From NCBI GenBank assembly GCA_964016885.1, contig OZ024743.1, forward strand, positions 329,654,001-329,718,000: 64,000 bases of DNA, read 5' to 3'. Origin of the DNA: Eledone cirrhosa (Eukaryota). Below are positions 15,001-28,620 of the stretch, piece by piece (position 1 is the stretch's first letter; each line of letters starts with the position of its first letter). The notes below the pieces were generated by a model that did not search any database, was not told the DNA's origin, and worked only from the letters and a program-made list of their open reading frames with translations. Both the position numbers and the translations under genes were made by a program.

Positions 15001-18000
15001 CATCGCAGACCATCACCCCTATCAACCACAGACGACGATCTCAACACCATCGCAGACCATCACCCTTATCAACCAGAGATGACGATATCAACACCATCAC
15101 CCATTTCAACCACAGACGACGTTCTCAACACCATCGCAGACCATCACCCCTATCAATAAGAGACGAAAGTTCTCAACACCATCGCAGACCATCACCCCTA
15201 TCAACCACAGACGACGTTCTCAACACCATCGCAGACCATCACCCCTATCAACCACAGACGACGATCTCAACACCATCGCAGACCATCACCCCTATCAACC
15301 ACAGACGACGATCGCAACACCATCGCAGACCATCACCCCTATCAACCAGAGACGACGATCTCAACACCATCGCAGACAATCACCCCTATCAACCACAGAC
15401 GACGATCTCAACACCATCGCAGACAATCACCCCTATCAACCAGAGACGACGATCTTAACACCATCGCAGACCATCACCCCTTTCAACCAGAGACGACTAT
15501 CTCAACACCATCGCAGACCATCACCCCTATCAACCACAGACGACGATCTTAACACCATCGCAGACCATCACCCCTATCAACCACAGACGACGATCTCAAC
15601 ACCATCGCAGACCATCACCCCTATCAACCAGAGACGACGATCTCAACACCATCGCAGAGCATCACCCCTATCAACCACAGACGACGATCTTAACACCATC
15701 GCAGACCATCACCCCTATCAACCACAGACGACGATCTCAACACCATCGCAGATCATCACCCTATCAACCACATACGACGATCTCAACACCATCGCAGACC
15801 ATCACCCCTATCAACCACAGACGACGATCTCAACACCATCGCAGACCATCACCCCTATCAACCAGAGACGACGATCTTAACACCATCGCAGACCATGACC
15901 CCTATCAAGCAGAGACGTCGATCTCAACACCATCGCAGATTATCACCCCTATCAACCACAGACGACGATCTCAACACCATCGCAGACAATCACCCCTATC
16001 AACCAGAGACGACGTTCTCAACACCATCGCAGACCATCAGACCTATCAACCACAGACGACGTTCTCAACACCATCGCAGTCCATCACCCCTATCAACCAC
16101 AGACGTTGAACTCAACACCATCGCAGACAATCACCCCTATCAACCACAGACGACGTTCTCAACACCATCGCAGACCATCACCCCTATTAACCAGAGATGA
16201 CGATCTCAACACCATCGCAGATCATCACCCCTATCAACCACATACGACGATCTCAACACCATCGCATATCATCACCCCTATCAATCAGAGACGACATTCT
16301 CAACACCATCGCTGACCATCACCCCTATCAACCACAGACGACGATCTCAACACCATCGCAGACCATCACCCCTATCAACCAGAGACAACGATCTCAACAC
16401 CATCGCAGACCGTCACCCCTCTCAACCACAGACGACGATCTCAACACCATCGCAGACCATCACCCCTATCAACCACAGACGACGATGTTAACACCATCGC
16501 AGACCATCACCCCTATCAACCACAGTCGACAATCTCAACACCATCGCAGACCATCACCCCTATCAACCACAGACGACGATCTCAACACCATCGCAGACCA
16601 TCGCCCCTATCAACCACAGACGACGATCTCAACACCATCGCAGACCATCACCCCTATCAAACACAGACGACGATCTTAACACCATCGCAGACCATCACCC
16701 CTATCAACCAGAGACGACGATCTCAACACCATCGCAGACCATCACCCTTATCAACCACAGACGACGATCTCAACACCATCGCAGACCATCACCCCTATCA
16801 ACCACATACGACAATCTCAACACCATCGCAGACCATCACCCCTATCAAACAGAGACGACGATCTCAACACCATCGCAGTCCATCACCCCTATCAACCATA
16901 GACGACGATCTCAACACCATCGCAGACCATCACCCCTATCAACCAGAGTCGACGATCTCACACCATCGCAGACCATCACCCCTATAAACCTCAGACGACG
17001 TTCTCAACACCATGGCAGACCATCACCCCTATCAACCACAGACGACGATCTCAACACCATCGCAGACCATCACCCCTATCAACCACAGACGACGATCTCA
17101 ACACCATCGCAGACCATCACCCCTATCAACCGGACACGACGATCTCAACACCATCGCAGACCATCACCCTTATCAACCAGAGACGACAATCTCAACACCA
17201 TTGCAGACCATCACCCCTATCAACCACAGACGACGATGTCAACACCATCGCAGACCATCACCCCTATCAACCGAGACGACGTTCTCAACACCATCGCAGA
17301 CCATCACCCCTATCAATCACAGACGACGATCTCAACACTATCGCAGAACATCACCCCTACAACCACAGACGACGTTCTCACCACCATCGCAGACCATCAC
17401 CCCTATCAACCAGAGACGACGATCTCAACACCATCGCAGACCATCACCCCTATCAACCAGAGACGACGATCTCAACACCGTCGCAGACCATCACCCCTAT
17501 CAACCACAGACGACGTTCTCAACACCATCGCAGATCATCACCACTATCAATCACAGACGACGTTCTCACCACCATCGCAGACCATCACCCCTATCAACAA
17601 GAGACGACGATCTCAACACCATCGCAGACCATCGCACCTATCAACAAGAGACGACGATCTCAACACCTTCGCAGACCATCACCCCTATCAACCACAGACG
17701 ACGATCTCAACACCATCGCAGAGCATCACCCCTGTCAACCAGAGACGACGATCTCAACACCATCGCAGACAATCACCCCTATCAACTAGAGGCGACGATC
17801 TCAACACCATCGCAGTCTAACACCCCTATCAACAAGAGACGACGATCTCAACACCATCGCAGACCATCACCCCTATCAACCAGAGACGACGATCTTAACA
17901 CCATCGCAGACCATCACTCCTATCAACCACAGACAACGATCTCAACACCATCGCAGACCATCACCCCTCTCAACCACAGACGACGATCTCAACACCATCG

Positions 18001-21000
18001 CAGACCATCACCCCTATCAACCACAGACGACGCTGTTAACACCATCGCAGACCATCACCCCTATCAACCACAGACGACAATCTCAACACCATCGCAGACC
18101 ATCACCCCTATCAACCACAGACGACGATCTCAACACCATCGCAGACCATCGCCCCTATCAACCACAGACGACGATCTCAACACCATCGCAGACCATCACC
18201 CCTATCAACCAGAGACGACGATCTCAACACCATCGCAGACCATCACACTTACCAACCACAGACGACGATCTCAACACCATCGCAGACCATCACCCCTATC
18301 AACCACAGACGACGATCTCAACACCATCGCAGACCATCACCTCTATCAACCACAGACGATGATCTCAACACCATCGTAGACCATCACCCCTATCAACCAG
18401 AGACGACGATCTCAACACCATCGCAGACCATCACCCCTATCAACCACAGACGACGATCTCAACACCATCGCAGACCATCACCCCTATCAACCAGAGATGA
18501 CGATCTCAACACCATCGCAGACCATCACCCATTTCAACCACAGACGACGTTCTCAACACCATCGCAGACCATCACCCCTATCAATAAGAGACGAAAGTTC
18601 TCAACACTATCGCAGACCATCACCCCTATCAACCACAGACGACGTTCTCAACACTATCGCAGACCATCACCCCTATCAATAAGAGACGAAAGTTCTCAAC
18701 ACCATCGCAGACCATTACCCCTATAAACCACAGACGACGATCTAAACACCATCACAGACCATCACCCCTATCAACCACGGACGACAATCTCAACACCATC
18801 GCAGACCATCACCCCTATCAACCACAGACGACGATCTCAACACCATCGCAGAACATCACCCCTATCAACCACAGACGACGATCTCAACACCATCGCAGAC
18901 CATGACCCCTATCAATCACAGACGACGATCTCAACACTATCGCAGAACATCACCCCTATCAACCACAGACGACGTTCTCAACACCATCGCAGACCATCAC
19001 CCCTATCAACCACAGACGACGTTCTCAACACCATCGCAGACCATCATCCCTATCAAACAGAGACGACGTTCTCAACACCATCGCAGACCATCACCCCTAT
19101 CAACCAGAGACGACGTTCTCAACACCATCGCAGACCATCACCCCTATCAACCAGAGACGACGTTCTCAACACCATCGCAGACCATCACCCCTATCAACCA
19201 CAGACGACGTTCTCAACACCAACGCAGACCCTCACCCCTATCAAACAGAGACGACGTTCTCAACACCATCGCAGACCATCACCCCTATCAACCAGAGACG
19301 TCGTTCTCAACACCATCGCAGACCATCACCCCTATCAACCACAGACGACGTTCTCAACACCAACGCAGACCCTCACCCCTATCAAACAGAGACGACGTTC
19401 TCAACACCATCGCAGACCATCACCTCTATCAACCAGAGACGACGTTCTCAACACCATCGCAGACCATCACCCCTATCAACCACAGACGACGTTCTCACCA
19501 CCATCGCAGACCATCATCCCTATCAACCAGAGACGACGTTCTCAACACCATCGCAGACCATCACCCCTATCAACCACAGACGACATTCTGAACACCATCG
19601 CAGACCATCACCACTATCAACCACAGACGACGTTCTCAACACCATCGCATACCATCACCCCTATCAACCACAGATGACGATCTCAACACCATCGCAGACA
19701 ATCACCCCTATGAAACACAGACGACAATCTCAACACCAACGCAGACCATCACCCCTATCAACCAGAGACGACGATCTCAACACCATCGCAGACCATCACC
19801 CCTATCAACCAGAGACGACGATCTCAACACCATCGCAGACCATCACCCTTATCAACCACAGACGACGATCTCAACACCATCGCAGACCATCACCCCTATC
19901 AACCACATACGACAATCTCAACACCATCGCAGACCATCACCCCTATCAACCAGAGACGACGATCTCAACACCATCGCAGTCCATCACCCCTATCAACCAT
20001 AGACGACAATCTCAACACCATCGCAGACCATCACCCCTATCAACCAGAGACGACGATCTCAACACCATCGCAGTCCATCACCCCTATCAACCATAGACGA
20101 CGATCTCAACACCATCGCAGACCATCACCCTTATCAACCACAGACGACGATCTCAACACCATCGCAGACCATCACCCCTATCAACCACATACGACAATCT
20201 CAACACCATCGCAGACCATCACCCCTATCAACCAGAGACGACGATCTCAACACCATCGCAGTCCATCACCCCTATCAACCATAGACGACGATCTCAACAC
20301 CATCGCAGACCATTACCCCTATCAACCAGTGACGACGATCTCAACACCATCGCAGACCATCACCCCTATCAACCACATACGACAATCTCAACACCATCGC
20401 AGACCATCACCCCTATCAACCAGAGACGACGATCTCAACACCATCGCAGACCATCACCCCTATCAACCAGAGACGACGATCTCAACACCATCGCAGATCA
20501 TCACCCCTATAAACCACAGACGACGTTCTCAACACCATGGCAGACCATCACCCCTATCAACCACAGACGACGATCTCAACACCATCGCAGACCATCACCC
20601 CTATCAACCACAGACGACGATCTCAACACCATCGCAGACCATCACCCCTATCAACCGGACACGACGATCTCAACACCATCGCAGACCATCACCCTTATCA
20701 ACAAGAGACGACGATCTCAACACCATCGCAGACCATCACCCTTATCAACCAGAGACGACAATCTCAACACCATTGCAGACCATCACCCCTATCAACCACA
20801 GACGACGATGTCAACACCATCGCAGACCATCACCCCTATCAACCGAGACGACGTTCTCAACACCATCGCAGACCATCACCCCTATCAACCAGAGACGACG
20901 ATCTCAACACCATCGCAGACCATCACCCCTATCAACCAGAGACGACGATCTCAACACCGTCGCAGACCATCACCCCTATCAACCACAGACGACGATCTCA

Positions 21001-24000
21001 ACACCATCGCAGACCATCACCCCTATCAACCACAGACGACGATCTCAACACCATCGCAGACCATCACCCTTATCAACAAGAGACGACGATCTCAACACCA
21101 TCGCAGACCATCACCCTTATCAACCAGAGACGACAATCTCAACACCATTGCAGACCATCACCCCTATCAACCACAGACGACGATGTCAACACCATCGCAG
21201 ACCATCACCCCTATCAACCGAGACGACGTTCTCAACACCATCGCAGACCATCACCCCTATCAATCACAGACGACGATCTCAACACTATCGCAGAACATCA
21301 CCCCTACAACCACAGACGACGTTCTCACCACCATCGCAGACCATCACCCCTATCAACCAGAGACGACGATCTCAACACCATCGCAGACAATCACCCCTAT
21401 CAACAAGAGACGACGATCTCAACACCATCGCAGACCATCGCACCTATCAACAAGAGACGACGATCTCAACACCTTCGCAGACCATCACCCCTATCAACCA
21501 CAGACGACGATCTCAACACCATCGCAGAGCATCACCCCTATCAACCACAGACGACGATCTCAACACCATCGCAGACCATCACCCCTATCAACCAGAGACG
21601 ACGATCTCAACACCATCGCAGACAATCACCCCTATCAACTAGAGGCGACGATCTCAACACCATCGCAGTCTATCACCCCTATCAACCACAGACGACGATC
21701 TCAACACCATCGCAGAGCATCACCCCTATCAACAAGAGACGACGATCTCAACACCATCGCAGACCATCACCCCTATCAACCACAGACGACGATCTCAACA
21801 CCATCGCAGACCATCGCCCCTATCAACAAGAGACGACGATCTCAACACCATCGCAGACCATCACCCCTATCAACCACAGACGACGATCTCAACACCATCG
21901 CAGACCATCACCCCTATCAACCACAGACGACGATCTCAACACCATCGCAGACCATCACCCCTATCAACCACAGACGACAATCTCAACACCATCGCAGACC
22001 ATCACCCCTATCAACCACAGACGACGATCTCAACACCATCGCAGACCATCGCCCCTATCAACCACAGACGACGATCTCAACACCATCGCAGACCATCACC
22101 CCTATCAACCACAGACGACGATCTTAACACCATCGCAGACCATCACCCCTATCAACCAGAGACGACGATCTCAACACCATCGCAGACCATCACACTTACC
22201 AACCACAGACGACGATCTCAACACCATCGCAGACCATCACCCCTATCAACCACAGACGACGATCTCAACACCATCGCAGACCATCACCTCTATCAACCAC
22301 AGACGAAGATCTCAACACCATCGTAGACCATCACCCCTATCAACCAGAGACGACGATCTCAACACCATCGCAGACCATCACCCCTATCAACCACAGACGA
22401 CGATCTCAACACCATCGCAGACCATCACCCCTATCAACCAGAGATGACGATCTCAACACCATCGCAGACCATCACCCATTTTAACCACACACGACGTTCT
22501 CAACACCATCGCAGACCATCACTCCTATCAATAAGAGACGAAAGTTCTCAACACCATCGCAGACCATCACCCCTATCAACCACAGACGACGTTCTCACCA
22601 CCATCGAAGACCATCATCCCTATCAACCAGAGACGACGTTCTCAACACCATCGCAGACCATCACCCCTATCAACCACAGACGACATTCTGAACACCATCG
22701 CAGACCATCACCACTATCAACCACAGATGACGATCTCAACACCATCGCAGACAATCACCCCTATGAAACACAGACGACAATCTCAACACCAACGCAGACC
22801 ATCACCCCTATCAACCAGAGACGACGATCTCAACACCAACGCAGACCATCACCCCTATCAACCAGAGACGACGATCTCAACACCAACGCAGACCATCACC
22901 CCTATCAACCAAAGACGACGATCTCAACACCATCGCAGACCATCACCTCTATCAACTAGAGACGACGATCTCAACACCATCGCAGTCTATCACCCCTATC
23001 AACCATAGACGACGATCTCAACACCATCGCAGACCATCATCCCTATCAACCAGAGACGACGATCTCAACACCATCGCAGACCATCACCCCTATCAACCAC
23101 AGACGACGATCTCAACACCGTCGCAGACCATCACCCCTATCAACCACAGACGCCGTTCTCAACACCATCGCAGACTATCACCACTATCAATCACAGACGA
23201 CGTTCTCAACACCATCGCAGACAATCACCCCTATCAACAAGAGACGACGATCTCAACACCATCGCAGACCATCACCCCTATCAACAAGAGACGACGATCT
23301 CAACACCATCGCAGACCATCACCCCTATCAACCACAGACGACGATCTCAACACCATCGCAGACCATCACCCCTATCAACCACAGACGACGATCGCAACAC
23401 CATCGCAGACCATCACCCCTATCAACCAGAGACGACGATCTCAACACCATCGCAGACCATCACCCCTATCAACCACAGACGACGATCTCAACACCATCGC
23501 AGACCATCACCCCTATCAACCAGAGACGACGATCTTAACACCATCGCAGACCATCACCCCTTTCAACCAGAGACGACGATCTCAACACCATCGCAGACCA
23601 TCACCCCTATCAACCACAGACGACGATCTTAACACCATCGCAGACCATCACCCCTATCAACCACAGACGACGATCTCAACACCATCGCAGACCATCACCC
23701 CTATCAACCAGAGACGACGATCTCAACACCATCCCAGACCATCACCCCTATCAACCACAGACAACGATCTTAACACCATCGCAGACCATCACCCCTATCA
23801 ACCACAGACGACGATCTCAACACCATCGCAGATCATCACCCTATCAACCACAGACGACGATCTCAACACCATCGCAGACCATCAACCCTATCAACCACAA
23901 ACGACGATCTCAACACCATCGCAGACCATCACCCCTATCAACCACAGACGACGATCTCAACACCATCGCAGATCATCACCCTATCAACCACAGACGACGA

Positions 24001-27000
24001 TCTCAACACCATCGCAGACCATCAACCCTATCAACCACAGACGACGATCTCAACACCATCGCAGACCATCACCCCTATCAACCAGAGATGACGATCTCAA
24101 CACCATCGCAGACCATCACCCATTTCAACCACAGACGACGTTCTCAACACCATCGCAGACCATCACCCCTATCAATAAGAGACGAAAGTTCTCAACACCA
24201 TCTCAGACCATCACCCCTATCAACCACAGACGACGTTCTCAACACTATCGCAGACCATCACCCCTATCAATAAGAGACGAAAGTTCTCAACACCATCGCA
24301 GACCATTACCCCTATCAACCACAGACGACGATCTAAACACCATCACAGACCATCACCCCTATCAACCACGGACGACAATCTCAACACCATCGCAGACCAT
24401 CACCCCTATCAACCACAGACGACGATCTCAACACCATCGCAGAACATCACCCCTATCAACCACAGACGACGATCTCAACACCATCGCAGACCATCACCCC
24501 TATCAATCACAGACGACGATCTCAACACTATCGCAGAACATCACCCCTATCAACCACAGACGACGTTCTCAACACCATCGCAGACCATCACCCCTATCAA
24601 CCACAGACGACGTTCTCAACACCATCGCAGACCATCATCCCTATCAAACAGAGACGACGTTCTTAACACCATCGCAGTCCATCACCCCTATCAACCACAG
24701 ACGACGTTCTCAACACCAACGCAGACCCTCACCCCTATCAAACAGAGACGACGTTCTCAACACCATCGCAGACCATCACCTCTATCAACCAGAGACGACG
24801 TTCTCAACACCATCGCAGACCATCACCCCTATCAACCACAGACGACGTTCTCACCACCATCGCAGACCATCATCCCTATCAACCAGAGACGACGTTCTCA
24901 ACACCATCGCAGACCATCACCCCTATCAACCACAGACGACATTCTGAACACCATCGCAGACCATCACCACTATCAACCACAGACGACGTTCTCAACACCA
25001 TCGCATACCATCACCCCTATCAACCACAGATGACGATCTCAACACCATCGCAGACAATCACCCCTATGAAACACAGACGACAATCTCAACACCAACGCAG
25101 ACCATCACCCCTATCAACCAGAGACGACGATCTCAACACCAACGCAGACCATCACCCCTATCAACCAGAGACGACGATCTCAACACCAACGCAGACCATC
25201 ACCCCTATCAACCACAGACGCCGTTCTCAACACCATCGCAGACTATCACAACTATCAATCACAGACGACGTTCTCAACACCATCGCAGACAATCACCCCT
25301 ATCAACAAGAGACGACGATCTCAACACCATCGCAGACCATCACCCCTATCAACAAGAGACGACGATCTCAACACCATCGCAGACCATCACCCCTATCAAC
25401 CACAGACGACGATCGCAACACCATCGCAGACCATCACCCCTATCAACCAGAGACGACGATCTCAACACCATCGCAGACCATCACCCCTATCAACCACAGA
25501 CGACGATCTCAACACCATCGCAGACCATCACCCCTATCAACCACAGACGACGATCTTAACACCATCGCAGACCATCACCCCTTTCAACCAGAGACGACGA
25601 TCTCAACACCATCGCAGACCATCACCCCTATCAACCACAGACGACGATCTTAACACCATCGCAGACCATCACCCCTATCAACCACAGACGACGATCTCAA
25701 CACCATCGCAGACCATCACCCCTATCAACCAGAGACGACGATCTCAACACCATCCCAGACCATCACCCCTATCAACCACAGACAACGATCTTAACACCAT
25801 CGCAGACCATCACCCCTATCAACCACAGACGACGATCTCAACACCATCGCAGATCATCACCCTATCAACCACAGACGACGATCTCAACACCATCGCAGAC
25901 CATCAACCCTATCAACCACAGACGACGATCTCAACACCATCGCAGACCATCACCCCTATCAACCAGAGACGACGATCTTAACACCATCGCAGACCATCAC
26001 CCCTATCAACCAGAGACGTCGATCTCAACACCATCGCAGATTATCACCCCTATCAACCACAGACGACGATCTCAACACCATCGCAGATCATCACCCCTAT
26101 CAATCAGAGACGACATTCTCAACACCATCGCAGACCATCACCCCTATCAACCACAGACGACGATCTCAACACAATCGCAGATCATCACCCCTATCAACCA
26201 CATACGACGATCTCAACACCATCGCAGATCATCACCCCTATCAATCAGAGACGACATTCTCAACACCATCGCTGACCATCACCCCTATCAACCACAGACG
26301 ACGATCTCAACACCATCGCAGACCATCACCCCTATCAACCAGAGACAACGATCTCAACACCATCGCAGACCATCACCCCTATCAACCACAGACGACAATC
26401 TCAACACCATCGCAGACCATCACCCCTATCAACCACAGACGACGATCTCAACACCATCGCAGACCATCACCCCTATCAAACACAGACGACGATCTTAACA
26501 CCATCGCAGACCATCACCCCTATCAACCAGAGACGACGATCTCAACACCATCGCAGACCATCACCCCTATCAACCAGAGACGACGTTCTCAACACCATGG
26601 CAGACCATCACCCCTATCAACCACAGACGACGATCTCAACACCATCGCAGACCATCACCCCTATCAACCGGACACGACGATCTCAACACCATCGCAGACC
26701 ATCACCCTTATCAACAAGAGACGACGATCTCAACACCATCGCAGATCATCACCCTATCAACCACAGACGACGATCTCAACACCATCGCAGACCATCACCC
26801 CTATCAACCACAGACGACGTTCTTAACACCATCGCAGACCATCACCCCTATCAACCAGAGACGTCGATCTCAACACCATCGCAGATTATCACCCCTATCA
26901 ACCACAGACGACGATCTTAACACCATCGCAGACCATCACCCCTATCAACCACAGACGACGTTCTTAACACCATCGCAGACCATCACCCCTATCAACCAGA

Positions 27001-28293
27001 GACGTCGATCTCAACACCATCGCAGATTATCACCCCTATCAACCACAGACGACGATCTCAACACCATCGCAGATCATCACCCCTATCAATCAGAGACGAC
27101 ATTCTCAACACCATCGCAGACCATCACCCCTATCAACCACAGACGACGATCTCAACACCATCGCAGATCATCACCCCTATCAACCACATACGACGATCTC
27201 AACACCATCGCAGATCATCACCCCTATCAATCAGAGACGACATTCTCAACACCATCGCTGACCATCACCCCTATCAACCACAGACGACGATCTCAACACC
27301 ATCGCAGACCATCACCCCTATCAACCAGAGACAACGATCTCAACACCATCGCAGACCATCACCCCTCTCAACCACAGACGACGATCTCAACACCATCGCA
27401 GACCATCACCCCTATCAACCACAGACGACGATGTTAACACCATCGCAGACCATCACCCCTATCAACCACAGACGACAATCTCAACACCATCGCAGACCAT
27501 CAGCCCTATCAACCACAGACGACGATCTGAACACCATCGCAGACCATCGCCCCTATCAACCACAGACGACGATCTCAACACCATCGCAGACCATCACCCC
27601 TATCAAACACAGACGACGATCTTAACACCATCGCAGACCATCACCCCTAACAACCAGAGACGACGATCTCAACACCATCGCAGACCATCACCCTTATCAA
27701 CCACAGACGACGATCTCAACACCATCGCAGACCATCACCCCTATCAACCACATACGACAATCTCAACACCATCGCAGACCATCACCCCTATCAACCAGAG
27801 ACGACGATCTCAACACCATCGCAGTCCATCACCCCTATCAACCATAGACGACGATCTCAACACCATCGCAGACCATCACCCCTATCAACCCAGAGACGAC
27901 GATCTCACACCATCGCAGACCATCACCCCTATAAACCACAGACGACGTTCTCAACACCATGGCAGACCATCACCCCTATCAACCACAGACGACGATCTCA
28001 ACACCATCGCAGACCATCACCCCTATCAACCACAGACGACGATCTCAACACCATCGCAGACCATCACCCCTATCAACCGGACACGACGATCTCAACACCA
28101 TCGCAGACCATCACCCTTATCAACAAGAGACGACGATCTCAACACCATCGCAGACCATCACCCTTATCAACCAGAGACGACAATCTCAACACCATTGCAG
28201 ACCATCACCCCTAACAACCACAGACGACGATGTCAACACCATCGCACACCGTCACCCCTATCAACCAGAGACGACGATCTCAACACCATTGCA
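1..28293. repeat. Satellite A, 47-bp unit CTCAACACCATCGCAGACCATCACCCCTATCAACCACAGACGACGAT, about 600 copies, runs off the window start
   Basis: Uninterrupted head-to-tail tandem copies with point variants (cacag/gagag, gatct/gttct); strongly C+A-rich on the + strand. Confidence 0.99.
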
Positions 28294-28620
28294 TTATCAA
28301 AAGACCAAAGGTGTCTGTCAGGCAATGAAGTCACCGTTTCCTTTTGGTGCCGGGGTCAATTCTTCAAGACAACATCAAGAGTCATATGATGTGTGAGAAT
28401 GACAATAGGTTCAATGAACAGGTAATATGGAATAATCTGCTACAAATGTAGCTAAGATCTTAATGAAAGTATACAGAGGAGGCAAACATCAAATGTTCAT
28501 GGGTAAGATAGTTCGTGCAATGAGGAAACCTTAATAGAAAATCACCAATAAATAAATTTGGACTGAAACGGCTACTTCAAAATATATGGATGCAGAAAAT
28601 TATGGAATATGAGCAGGGTG

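Noticed and set aside
795-28396. Long Thr/Ser/Pro/His/Arg-rich ORFs (mucin-like)
   Set aside because: The 47-bp consensus has no stop on the + strand, so all three frames give the same 47-aa cycle; stops and frameshifts fall at random, with no signal peptide or frame preference
28294-28400. KTKGVCQAMKSPFPF as an RT GVxQG-SP motif
   Set aside because: Spacing is off and no YADD-like motif follows; too weak without a search
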